Source: a virus (taxonomy: Duplodnaviria; Caudoviricetes). From it: a DNA stretch of 64,000 nucleotides. Positions 22,926 through 33,918 of this stretch are shown piece by piece (positions within the stretch are counted from its first letter, which is position 1; each line of letters starts with the position of its first letter). The stretch is taken from the IMG/VR virus record IMGVR_UViG_3300014204_000111, positions 32,001 to 96,000 of that record. The stretch is one strand, 5' to 3'. The notes under the pieces are model-generated. The model worked only from the letters and a program-made list of their open reading frames with translations, did no database searches and was not told the DNA's origin. The translations under genes and the position numbers were made by a program.

Positions 22926-23675
22926 ATGAAGTTTTTTATTAGTTTTATTATTGCAATGGTGCTTTTCACTTTGCCTTGCTGGGCGCTGGATTCAGAATTG
23001 AAGGATACAGCTTTTCGTTATACGTCAGAAGTTGTAACATATGATGGTTGCTCAGAGTGTTTTTATCCCGATAGGGATTCTTGCCTTGCTCTTTATGAGA
23101 GAGATGGAGTTGGTTATTGGCTTACCTCAGATGTACCCGAAGTAGGGCTTATTAGTGTCGATGGACATGAAGCTCAAATTTATAAGCGTGGAGTAGGTTG
23201 GGTGGTTCTTGTAACGGAGACATATGCCCCTTTTCTTGGTATGACACCTCATACATTTTATGTAAACGACGGAGAAGAGTTTTATTACAGCGATATCAAT
23301 CAATATCAAACTGTAACCAAGGGTCACGAAGTACATATGGATGCATTCTTTGTAGAAATGAATACCACACCTTTGCCGGAGAACGAGGGCGCTCCAGTCT
23401 TCAACCACATGGGGGAAGTAGTTGGTATTGTGGTAGGAAAGGCAGAACCATGCAAGAAATGCCCAAGTTATAAGCCTTGTGGTGGCACTAGATTTATTAG
23501 ATTAACATTGGATATGTTTGAACCTGTGTTAGAAATGGGAGAAGTACCAAAGATTGACCCTGTTTTTATCGAAGAAATTTATCCAGAAGTAATTCCTGAA
23601 GTAGTACCTCAACCTGATTTTAGTTATCAACCTGATGAAGAACCTGAAGTTATTGTTGTTGAAGGAAGGGGTTAA
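22926..23675 (+). CDS. Secreted trypsin-like protein, catalytic Ser apparently lost
   Basis: Signal peptide; ENEGAPVFNHMGEVVGIV versus canonical GNSGGP. Confidence 0.5.
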   Translation: MKFFISFIIAMVLFTLPCWALDSELKDTAFRYTSEVVTYDGCSECFYPDRDSCLALYERDGVGYWLTSDVPEVGLISVDGHEAQIYKRGVGWVVLVTETYAPFLGMTPHTFYVNDGEEFYYSDINQYQTVTKGHEVHMDAFFVEMNTTPLPENEGAPVFNHMGEVVGIVVGKAEPCKKCPSYKPCGGTRFIRLTLDMFEPVLEMGEVPKIDPVFIEEIYPEVIPEVVPQPDFSYQPDEEPEVIVVEGRG

Positions 23676-26160
23676 AATGTTATTTGGTATTTATGAGATT
23701 GAGTATCCTGATGAGGGTCATATAATCATAGAGGCTGAATCAGAGGATGAAGCCAAACAAAAATATAACGAACATACTGGTACGCCAATGGAATTTGATA
23801 TGTTAGGTATTTTTGATGTTTGTCAAAGTTGCGGACAAGCAATATTACCCGACGAAGATTAATGTATTCTAAGACGGAGATAAGTAATGGAACATTTGGA
23901 ATATAATGTATTTTATTCAGGGACAAATCTTTTAACCGCACTTGATTATCTTAATAATATTGCGACTAAAGAGGGTTGGGAATTGGTTAGTGTTGCTGGT
24001 GATTATAGTAATGGGTATGTATTATTTTTAAAGAGGGTCATTAAAAATGAATCTATAGCAAAACCCACGGAGGTTGAATCGTGCTAATTAATACAATTAA
24101 GACACTTTTTATTGTGTTGATATTATTTTTATCAGTATCTTGCGTTCCTGACACAGAATATAAACCAAATCCTACTGAAACAGTCTTGGTGTTGTCCAAA
24201 ACTATTGCAGGAGATAGTTTTAGCGGGCATATGTACATAGTGGAAACAGATAAAGGAACATGTTTAGCTGGTGATGGAGGATGGGCATATCCTAAGATGA
24301 CAATAGGAAATAGTTACAATATCAGATATACAATGTATAACGGATATAAGTATGTCCTTAGCATAGATGAAACATTAGTAAATGAAACAAGTCAACGAGG
24401 TGCAAAATGCAAGTAATTTGTAAGGTATGTCATGGCAGAGGTCGTGTGGGTGGGACGGGAAATCCTATTGAAACAGCATTCCTAAGAGGTATGACAGAAT
24501 TACTTACAGGGGGAATGAGTAAAATTCCAGCAGATATTGATGGTAGTATCGAGTGTGATGCGTGTCACGGTACTGGTACAATTGAATCTTTTAAGCGTAG
24601 TTTAGTTCAAAAACTAAAAGATGCTTGGTATCAACTTATTAATCCATAAAGAGGTAATATAATGAATGTTATAATTTATTCGTATACAGATGATGATTGG
24701 GAAGAGCGCCAACAAATGCATATTGATGGCAAATTCGTAATGAGTGTTGGCGGTGGAGAACCTGAAGATATGAGAATTGGCAGGGATTTAGTTCCTTGTC
24801 AAGAAATTGCTTCGTTTATGAAGAAGGCTTTTGATGCAGCTAAGAATGGAGAAGAATTTACTCTTGAAGTTAAAGAGTGTACTGAGGATGAGTGGGATGA
24901 GTTGTAAAAAGAATAGTAAAGAAAAGAATAGTAAAGTAAAGAAGTGGAGAAGTTATTCTTATCAATTATTATTTTGGTATCCTACATGTTATCAGTTAAA
25001 ACTTTACATAAATGAAGAATTAGCTATTCCGGTAGGATTTGTCCAGAGAAGTAGAACAAAATGGTTTGGTGCAGAAGATGGTCATCAAATTGACAACCTT
25101 ATATATGGCAAAACAAAACATGAAGTAGCTAAACAAATCTTAGAAAGATATTATTTTGAACCTGATAAATGGAAGTAGATAAATGTCACCAATTTTAATT
25201 ATAGGTTTTTCTATTGCATCTTATTTTTTCTTAAAGGCTCTTTATTCTTATATTAGATATAAGCGAGGAGAAAAAGAATATCAGAAATTAATAGACAAGA
25301 ATCATTATGAGAATACTAAAGCAGCACTAGGTGAATATGGAGTTGATTATACTCCAGAACAAGCAAAAGAGACAATGGATATAATAAGGTCTGTTGTAAA
25401 TAAAAATTACAACAGAAAACTACAAGGCAAAAAGCCACAAGTTGCTTATTCTCAGAGAGTGGTTGAGAATCCAGATGGAACCAAGAGATATCAAATTTTG
25501 GCAAATGGAGAAGTTCACGGAGAAGTTTTCGGTGTTACTTTTAAAGATACTCAGTTAATTAAAGATTAGGAGAAAGTTATGTATAAACAAAAAACTGTAA
25601 CAATTACTTGTCCAAATTGCGGTCAAACCAGAACAGTACCAGAATCAGATATGAGAGTTCATGCAGATTGGGAAGATGGTGGTTATTGTAGCGAAGAATG
25701 TTCTAAGGCATCACGAGGAGATTACCATCGAATATTATGGAATGTTGGTAAATGGGTAGAGAATTTATGGAAATGGAGAGGATAAGACAAAGACTCTTTA
25801 TCTTAGGAGAAAAATGAAATATTTAATTAGTTTAATTGTTGTGTTGTTGTGAGGGAGATAAAGAGAGAAGATGGAGATATGAAAACAATTAATTTAGATG
25901 ATTATAAAGATTTTGATATTTTAAGTTCGTGGTATGAATTAACCAAACAATTTGAAATGTTAGAAGGGCGTTTGAGGTTAGAAGGTTTTTCAGAGGATGA
26001 TTATTTGGATTTGACCACTCACGAAATGGTGGATTTATTATACAATCATCTAAAGGAACAACATCGTAAGACTCCAGAAGGAAGAGAAACACTTCGACAA
26101 CACGAAGAATATATGAAAGTTCATTATCCAGAAGACTCTTAATTATGGGTAAAATAACTA

Positions 26161-26230
26161 TGGAAATGTGATGAAACAAAACTTGCTATCTCGACGGCTC
26201 CAGCGCCCTTCATCAGGCTTCCACTGGAGC
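26161..26230 (+). ncRNA. Pseudoknotted leader RNA of HNH gene (copy A)
   Basis: TGGAA/TTCCA, TGATGAA/TTCATCA, GCTCCAG/CTGGAGC; homologue at 46640-46705. Confidence 0.75.
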
Positions 26231-26249
26231 TTATTTTTTTATTGGAGAA

Positions 26250-26753
26250 ATGATGGAAACTAAAGTGTGTAGCGTGTGTAAAAGAGCCTTGCCTTTTGAT
26301 AGATTTGGCCCAGATAAAAGAAATAAAACTTATGGTTTAAGATGTGAGTGTAAAGATTGTAGAAAAGATTACTATAATTTACACAGAGATAAGTTAAATG
26401 AACAACATAGAGCTTATAGAATTAATAATCCAGAACTTTATGGTGCATATCGTATTAAAGCAATACACAGATATTTTGTTATAAAACATAAACAAATTCT
26501 TCATTTAGGCGGAGAATGTCGTATATGTCACTTAAAATATAATATAGATAATCAATATATGTTTGCATTTCACCATTTAAATCCTGAAGAGAAAGATAAG
26601 ACGGTTAGTGACTATAAAGATTTTGAAGCCTCTTTGGTAGAAGTGAATAAGTGCGAATTATTATGTCACAATTGTCACAGTGGCTTGCACGCAACAAATA
26701 ATGAAATGTGCGTAAGAGATTTAAAAGAACAATTACTTGTCGATTTGAAGTAA
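26250..26753 (+). CDS. HNH homing endonuclease with N-terminal Zn finger
   Basis: CSVC...CKDC; CRIC, FHHLNP, LCHNCHSGLH. Confidence 0.88.
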   Translation: MMETKVCSVCKRALPFDRFGPDKRNKTYGLRCECKDCRKDYYNLHRDKLNEQHRAYRINNPELYGAYRIKAIHRYFVIKHKQILHLGGECRICHLKYNIDNQYMFAFHHLNPEEKDKTVSDYKDFEASLVEVNKCELLCHNCHSGLHATNNEMCVRDLKEQLLVDLK

Positions 26754-28697
26754 TTCTTCTATAGAGGCTCTTTTTTGTCTAGTTAAACCGTTCATCATAT
26801 ACTGGAACTGAAAAGATTTAATGAGGGAAGGATTTATTCCTCCCTCTTTACCTTCAATATAGGTTTGTCCGTATTTATCTATGTTGGCTTGTTTACGAGC
26901 CTCAAAACTTTCCATACCTGCTTGTGTTTTTAAGAAACCTGCTTGCTCTGCACCTTTTTTACTATAATGGGTTTGATGTGGCAAAGGTGGTTTATCTTCT
27001 AATGGTTCTGGTTCTGAGCCGCCCAGGAAAGGATGACCGGCAAAGCTGGTCACGTTCTTTACATCTCTTGTTTTGTTTAAATTTAAACATCTTAAACATC
27101 CAGCGCAACTATGAGGATTTCCATCATCGCTCTCTTCACCTGTTCCCATATCCTTTCCTCCACGACAAGGAGAAATCATAAAACCTTGGTTTCCATTCTG
27201 TAGTCTTTGAATAAGAGCTAGTTTTTGGGAATGTTCTGGTCTACCATTAATAGATTGAGCGAACTTAGAGATGTATTCTTCATCTTGAAGAGGAAAATGC
27301 GTATATTCTAAATTAGTATTTTTTAATCTAGCATCTTTATTATGTCTTAATCCGTGTTGGACGGCAATACCAGTAGCTCCAGCATTAAGAGCAGAATGAA
27401 TGGCGTGTGCTTCTGGTTCAGTCATATCTTCGAATCTAGGAGCAGAAATTTGCATTGAAACATTAGGTAAAGAGAAAAGACCACTTAATTCATGCATGTA
27501 GTTTTTATCTAATTCATCTACAACAGGAATACCAGTAGATTTAGTTAGAGGAACTTTAGTGTATCCCCAAACATTAACTAATGGTTTTCCATCTTTTCCT
27601 ACTTGAGAGAAGGCATTTTTTAAACCAGCTAAGTGTCTTGTTGAAATTTCTTTGATAGTATTTAAGTTAATAGAACCGTCAGGATTATAAACTTGTACTC
27701 CTCTTTGTTGTAAACCTTTCATTAATTCATCATCAAAAGGCATAGAATTACCAGTAGCTATTTTTTGAGGGTCAAGTAAAAATCTATGTCCCATAAGTAA
27801 ATCACCAGAAGGATGAAGTCTCATATTTCTTTCGCCCGTTTTAGCAACATATGTTTGAAGCTCTTTACCTAATCTTGGCCCAAATCCAGCGGTTAAAGAG
27901 GCATAGAAGTTCTTCATTCCTGATTGAGTTGCTGTAGGTTTAGCTAAAGCTCCTAATTCAGCAAAACATCCTCTACACATTCCAGGTCTTTCACAATCAT
28001 GTCCAGAGCAAGTAGCAGCGTTAATTTGAGGAGTAATACTTAGGCTTGAAGGGAATATACCTACTTGAGGGTCAAATCCATGTTCTTCTACTGTTCCCCA
28101 TCTTTGTCCAAATGCTTGTATATTTTGTTTCTGGGCAGTATCTGCCATATTATAGACTTGTTTTGTTTGTTCTGGAGTTAAATTAATAGAATTATAAGAA
28201 GTTGATTTACCTCTACCTGTTTTATATCCTTTAAACATTTGGGGAAAGTAATCTACCATTCTTTTAATTAAGTCTTTGCTACTCTTAGTGTCTCCTTCTA
28301 ATTGTAAACCATTTGGAGAGTTTTTGATTAGGTTCTTTATCTTTGTATAATCATTAATTTGTTGTTTAGTAGCCATATAAGGAGCTAATTCTCTCATAAG
28401 TTGATTTTCTAAGCCTGCATCTGTAATGGGATTACCAGCATTATCTTTTCCAGAAAGAGCCGCTATAATCATTTGTTTATGTTGACCCCAATTTGGAGTT
28501 GTTAAAAGACGAGCAGCGCCAGATAAGTTTACAACTCTACCAATCTTACTATTGCCAGCTTGAGTTAAACTACCAGCACGGTTAGTTTCTTTAATAACTA
28601 AGTTATGAAGTGTCTGAGCTTCTACATTAGGATTCTTTTTGGTAGAGACACCTTTGAAGAATTCAAATGATTCAAAAATTTTATCTGGATTTAACAA
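26733..28697 (-). CDS. Large Gp88-like Cys-rich (Fe-S) protein
   Basis: TCSGHDC...CRGCFA, RLHPSGD, WGYTK, C...CAGCLRC. Confidence 0.6.
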   Translation of the reverse strand: MLNPDKIFESFEFFKGVSTKKNPNVEAQTLHNLVIKETNRAGSLTQAGNSKIGRVVNLSGAARLLTTPNWGQHKQMIIAALSGKDNAGNPITDAGLENQLMRELAPYMATKQQINDYTKIKNLIKNSPNGLQLEGDTKSSKDLIKRMVDYFPQMFKGYKTGRGKSTSYNSINLTPEQTKQVYNMADTAQKQNIQAFGQRWGTVEEHGFDPQVGIFPSSLSITPQINAATCSGHDCERPGMCRGCFAELGALAKPTATQSGMKNFYASLTAGFGPRLGKELQTYVAKTGERNMRLHPSGDLLMGHRFLLDPQKIATGNSMPFDDELMKGLQQRGVQVYNPDGSINLNTIKEISTRHLAGLKNAFSQVGKDGKPLVNVWGYTKVPLTKSTGIPVVDELDKNYMHELSGLFSLPNVSMQISAPRFEDMTEPEAHAIHSALNAGATGIAVQHGLRHNKDARLKNTNLEYTHFPLQDEEYISKFAQSINGRPEHSQKLALIQRLQNGNQGFMISPCRGGKDMGTGEESDDGNPHSCAGCLRCLNLNKTRDVKNVTSFAGHPFLGGSEPEPLEDKPPLPHQTHYSKKGAEQAGFLKTQAGMESFEARKQANIDKYGQTYIEGKEGGINPSLIKSFQFQYMMNGLTRQKRASIEELLQIDK

Positions 28698-28727
28698 AAT
28701 TATCCTCTAATTTTAGGTTGATATAGT

Positions 28728-28784
28728 ATTTTACCCTCTATTATGCTCTTAACATGTTAAGCAAGCCTGGATTTGGGGTATAAT
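28728..28784. promoter_or_regulatory. Divergent promoters around palindrome CTTAACATGTTAAG
   Basis: GTTAAG-N14-GGGTATAAT (+); GTTAAG-N11-GGGTAAAAT (-). Confidence 0.6.
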
Positions 28785-29373
28785 ACATCGTTATGGGAGA
28801 CTGAGTGGGACGATACGCACCAATTGAATAGAGGAGATATAAATGGTTAATGATGAAGAAGCTTTAGAACTTGGAAAGAAAATACTTGCTCAAAGAGAAA
28901 GAGAAAATAAAAAGCAAATGAAAATTATTGCTATACATACTGAAGCTAATCAAAAAATTATTGATGAAATTGAACACCTTCAAAAACAATATGAAGAAAT
29001 GCCTTTCGAAGTTGCTTCTTTTATTTTAGGTTTTTTTGAATCTAAAAATCAAACTATTTGGTCTGGGACTAGTTCTCATACTATGTCTATATGGTACAGA
29101 AGATGTGAATCACAGTTAAAAGATAAACCTATTTTAGCATATTTAGAAGAGGTGGTTCATGATAGATATGGAGATTGTAACCTTTCTTATCAGATTCACT
29201 TTTTTGATACAAAAGAAGAGTTGGGTAAGTGGATTATGTTATATGATACAGAGTCGAGAAGAATAAGGTATGTGTGGGAAGATTATAAGTGTATTAATAT
29301 CGAAGCAAAAGAAGTGTTTATTTTGGATGGAGAAGTTATCGGAGAGCGAAAAGTAGACAGAAGTTATGTTAGT

Positions 29374-29763
29374 TTATAATTGTGTCAAATGTTCGAGATG
29401 ATGACAGTTATGACACAAACAAATACACTTATCTATTTCTTCCCAAAAGTTTGGATTAGTTATATATTTTATATTTAACTCTAATTTTTTAGAATCTGGG
29501 TCTTTGTGATGGAAGCATAATACTAATGGGTTAGTTTCTCCACAATGATAACAACCTCTTGATTGCTTATAATCATAAAATAGTATTTGTAATTTTTTAG
29601 TACGACGCCGCGCTGTTTCAGGATTGTAATAACTCTTTTTAGTATAAGATTTTACTTTTTCTTGGTTGTTTTTTCGAAAATTTCTCGAATATTCTCTAAG
29701 TTTATCTTGATTCTCGCTCCGCCATTTTTTCATATAAATCTTTTTTTGTTCTGTAGTAATCAT
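29374..29763 (-). CDS. HNH endonuclease
   Basis: CYHCGE, FHHKDP, LCHNCHHLEH; probable leaderless ATG at 29763. Confidence 0.85.
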   Translation of the reverse strand: MITTEQKKIYMKKWRSENQDKLREYSRNFRKNNQEKVKSYTKKSYYNPETARRRTKKLQILFYDYKQSRGCYHCGETNPLVLCFHHKDPDSKKLELNIKYITNPNFWEEIDKCICLCHNCHHLEHLTQL

Positions 29764-29783
29764 AAGATATATTATCCACAAAA

Positions 29784-30239
29784 TTATGAATTTTTAATTA
29801 GGTTATCTAGATATTGTTTTAGTTGTTGTTTTGACAATTCGCCTTCATAACGGTTTATAATCTCTCCATTTTTATTGATGAAGATAGTAACAGGAATCGC
29901 GCTTATATTATATATAGAGTGTGCCTCAGACGAATACCCAAAAATCCAAGGATATTTATGTTTTTCGACAAAGTTTTTTGGATTTCCGTCAAAATCAACG
30001 GCTAGACTGATAATTGTGATTTTATCTGAATAATCTGGGTATAAAGAATTAATTGTGGATAATTCAGAGATACAATATGGACACCAGACTGCCCACCAAT
30101 TTAAAACTATCGGAGTTTTATATTCAGAAAGTTTATGAGATTTATTATCAAAAGTTTTGAATTTGAAATCAATGGCGGTTGACCCGCACAACAGGGTAGC
30201 AAACAGCACTATCACTAGGGTTATAAAAATGTGTTTCAT
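29784..30239 (-). CDS. TlpA/ResA-like thioredoxin
   Basis: N-terminal signal/anchor, WAVWCPYC, IPVTIFINKNG. Confidence 0.9.
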   Translation of the reverse strand: MKHIFITLVIVLFATLLCGSTAIDFKFKTFDNKSHKLSEYKTPIVLNWWAVWCPYCISELSTINSLYPDYSDKITIISLAVDFDGNPKNFVEKHKYPWIFGYSSEAHSIYNISAIPVTIFINKNGEIINRYEGELSKQQLKQYLDNLIKNS

Positions 30240-31503
30240 ATATCATATTACCCATAAGGAGAATTAAATGGATAAATTTATTGAAAAACTTAGAAAGATG
30301 GAAACATTAGATGCAGCAACTTGGTTGGTAAATAAATATCCTTTAGATAAGAATTTTAAATTGATTCTTATTAAGTTTGAAGATTTAGAAGAACTTCTCT
30401 CTTTAATTAGTAATAAGATAGAGAATAAAGAGTTTTTGACTGGATTTACTGTAGATGAAGAGAAAGGAATCAGGTTTGAAAAGGATTTGCTATGTCCTTT
30501 CTCTCTTCCTCAAGCTGATACATTTGAAGGTGTGAGAATTTTAAATTTATATGAAGATTTATCTATAAGAATCGAGGAATACAATGATAAGAATAACTAA
30601 TTTAGATAGAAATAGGGTTGTTTATTTTGCTAATGATTTTATCAATGACGACTCTGTTAAGCATAAAGAGGCAGGAATTGTTGCTCAATTCTTGTCTAAG
30701 TATAGCGCTGATTCTTCACAAAAGATTGAAGCAATTTTAAGAAAGCAAAAGTGGTATAAGGCTGGAGATTTCTACGCAGAAGTGATTGAAAGCACAATGT
30801 CTTCTAGTATTAAACAGATTGAGAAATTATTAGGAGTATAATTATGGATATTATATTAACAAACGAAGAAAAGACCTTGATAGAAGAATGGAAAAACACC
30901 ATCTATAATACTTCTCGTAAATTTACAGATGATGAATATAATTTCAGGGAAGATGATGAATTGAATTGGTTTGAATTATGTTTTGGCTGGCTTCTAGGGA
31001 AAGGCGTGGATGAAATAAGAGCAAATTCCCTTGCCATTTATATGCGTTATAACTTAGAAATAGCATAAAGGAGTATAAGATGCAGTGGTTAGCTAAATGG
31101 ATGGCAGCATGGTTTATTCGAAAGTTTTGGGGGCCAAGATGCAAAGAAATTTCATTAGGATGTGGAGGTTGTGATGCTTGGCTTATGTATGATTATCTTT
31201 TTGGGGATAAGTGGTTTGATGGTGATGTAAAGATGGTTAAGATACACATTTATGTTCCTGAAACAACTGTTATTAATGAGGAGGAATAAATGAATTGTTT
31301 TATTTTATTGCAAGAAGTAGAAAGTTGTGGAAAACCTTATCAGTTATTTCATAGCGCTCATAAAACAATGGAAGGCGCTTTAAAGAAGATGAAAGAAAAT
31401 GCTGTAGATTGTAAACAAATACCTAGTGGAGAGTTTTGGGTAAGAGACAAGCAGTTTAATGTAGCTTATTATAGCATTACAAAAACAATTTTAGGAGAAT
31501 AAA

Positions 31504-32043
31504 ATGATTTGGGTAAGTGGAGATACACATCTAGGCCATGTGGGTATAATTGGCTCATGCAATAGACCTTTTCAAAATGTTGAAGAAATGAATAAAACAA
31601 TTATTGATGGGTTCAACGATAGAGTTGGAAAGAATGACATTGTTTATTTCTTGGGAGATTTTACTTGCAATGCTAATACAGAAATCTGCAAAGAGTATAT
31701 GCGTCAACTCAAGGGTAAATGGGTTATGATTCAAGGTAATCATGATAGAAAGAAGGCTCTTCAAGAAATGAAGAGCGAAGGACTTATTATTAAACATGAC
31801 AAGATTATGAAGATTGAATATGGTGGTCGTAAAATGGTTCTTTCTCATTGTCCTATGGTGACTTGGGAAGGAATTTATGATGGTGTATGGCATATTCATG
31901 GTCATACACATTCTAATTATAACCATCCTTCTCCAATGGCTTATGATGTTGGTGTGGATGGACATAATTTTTTACCTATTTCTTTTGATGAATTAAATAC
32001 TATTATGGTTCGTAGATGGCTGGCAACAGGAATGCAAAGATAA
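31504..32043 (+). CDS. Calcineurin-like metallophosphoesterase
   Basis: DTHLGH, LGDF, GNHD, HGHTH, DVGVD. Confidence 0.9.
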   Translation: MIWVSGDTHLGHVGIIGSCNRPFQNVEEMNKTIIDGFNDRVGKNDIVYFLGDFTCNANTEICKEYMRQLKGKWVMIQGNHDRKKALQEMKSEGLIIKHDKIMKIEYGGRKMVLSHCPMVTWEGIYDGVWHIHGHTHSNYNHPSPMAYDVGVDGHNFLPISFDELNTIMVRRWLATGMQR

Positions 32044-32492
32044 TGTTTTTAGAAACTTATGAAGAACAAGTAGAGTATATACGGTCATTTTTTTTAGATA
32101 GGATATTATCAAAACCTAAAATAAGGAGAAGTAAATGTTTAATACAATAATGTTTTGGGCCTATTATCATTGGTGTAATTTAATTGTTTTGATTCCTATG
32201 TTTGCTCTTTATCTGAGTTAATATGTGGGAAGACGTATATGAAGTATTAGAGAAAAAACAATTATACTTTAAGAATTTACTCAAAAGTGAAGCAGAAAGA
32301 AAATTTAAAACTAAAGTTAAATATGGAAAGGCTTCTTTTCTTAGAAAAATTAAATTAATTTTTTTTGCTATTAAACCTAGACGAGGTATATCTAATGGTA
32401 TTTATTATCGTTGGAGATGGAAATGGCTAAAACGTCGTTATCGTAAAACGAATAGTATTACTTACAAAGGAAAAAAGAAAGGAGAATTTTAG

Positions 32493-32981
32493 TTGAATAT
32501 TTTTGTTTTAGATTTATCTCCACAAAAAGCAGCACAGTATCATATGAATTCTCATGTTTGCAAAATGATTCTTGAATCTGCACAACTTTTATCTAACGCT
32601 GTTTATGAAAATAATAAATATCTTTATGATATGCTGAATGAAAAAGGATTAATGTCTAAATATGCATGGTATAATCATCCTTGTTCAAAGTGGGCAGGGG
32701 ATTCTGCTGATAATTTCGCATGGCTTTTAGAGTTGGCTCTTAATCTTTGTGAAGAATATTCTTACAGATATAAAAAAGTTCATAGTTATCAACCTAGACT
32801 ATGGAGATACGCATCTATAGATTTAGAGGATATTACTTGTCCAATGACTCCTTTTTATTTAGCCATGCCAGATGATTGTAAGTCAAATGACCCTGTTGAA
32901 TCTTATCGTAAATATTACATGAACTATAAAAGACACCTTGCTTCTTGGAAAATGAGAGGTTGCCCGGAGTGGTGGAAATGA
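32493..32981 (+). CDS. Pyrimidine-dimer DNA glycosylase-like protein
   Basis: MNIFVLD, HVCKMILESAQLLS, HPCSKW, AMPD, YRKYY. Confidence 0.75.
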   Translation: MNIFVLDLSPQKAAQYHMNSHVCKMILESAQLLSNAVYENNKYLYDMLNEKGLMSKYAWYNHPCSKWAGDSADNFAWLLELALNLCEEYSYRYKKVHSYQPRLWRYASIDLEDITCPMTPFYLAMPDDCKSNDPVESYRKYYMNYKRHLASWKMRGCPEWWK

Positions 32982-33720
32982 ACGAAGTAATAGTCATCTT
33001 ACTGTCTTTTTTTGGTGGTGTTTTTCTTCCGTTGTTTATTATAGGATTATTTTGGCTGTATGATAAGTATAATGAAAGAAAAAGACAAAAAATAGATTTA
33101 ACATCTAGACCTACTTTAAGTTCTTATTCAGTTGGTGATAATCCTACTATTTTTCAAGTTTGTTGGAATCAATTAGGAGAGTTACAAAGTCCTTTAGGAG
33201 AGTTACAAAGTCTTTTTAACAAGAGTGTTTTTATTCCTATTCATTATCAAAGAGAATTTACTAATCATCAAGACGCTCTTGATTGTTTTGATGAAGCAGT
33301 TAAAATAGTAGAAGAATATAAGAAGTCTCTTCAACCTAAGAAAGTAATTAAGAATCAGGATATAGACGTATGAATATTTTCTAGTAGATTTTATTCTTCT
33401 TTGTATGGTGGTATTTACTGCTTATATTATTTGTCACATAAAGGACGTGATAGAAGACATCCAAGATAATAAAAGACAAAGAGAATATTCGGAAGAATAT
33501 GAAAGAAGGGTCTTAAAACTTAAAGAAGAATTTACAGTTCCTCTTCATGTTTTACAAAAGGTTTATGTTTATGAAGGAGATTTAGATGTTTGAAGCAATG
33601 TTTTATTTAAATTTTATACTTCTTTGTTTGATTGTTTATGTGATAGCAGATAGACTTGTTAAAGTAGAAAAGAAAGTCAAAGAATTAATTAAGAACGCAG
33701 AAGATAGATTAGAGAAACGT

Positions 33721-33749
33721 GTTTAAAATCTCGTAGCAATGGGTATAAT
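33721..33749 (+). promoter_or_regulatory. Phage promoter (SigB-like)
   Basis: GTTTAA-N14-GGGTATAAT. Confidence 0.75.
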
Positions 33750-33759
33750 GAAGTATAAT

Positions 33760-33847
33760 GGCCGTGTGGTGGAACGGGATACACGCAACACTTAGAATGT
33801 TGTGGCACTTTTGCCGGTGCTTGGAGGTTCGACTCCTCTCGCGGTCA
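33760..33847 (+). tRNA. tRNA-Leu(TAG)
   Basis: caaca-ctTAGaa-tgttg, long variable arm. Confidence 0.9.
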
Positions 33848-33887
33848 TTTTAAATATTGGCAGAAGTCAAAATATATGGGTAAAATA

Positions 33888-33918
33888 GTTGTATGTTATA
33901 TTTTAAGGAACATACAAC
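33888..33918 (+). promoter_or_regulatory. 10-bp hairpin over the HNH translation start region
   Basis: GTTGTATGTT...AACATACAAC immediately before ATG 33919. Confidence 0.6.

Noticed and set aside
26161-26230. HNH leader as HDV/theta ribozyme, c-di-GMP-II or SAH riboswitch, or TIGR box C/D unit
   Set aside because: No proper P3/P4 and J4/2, no riboswitch core beyond a few bases, and no box D or tandem array; left unassigned.
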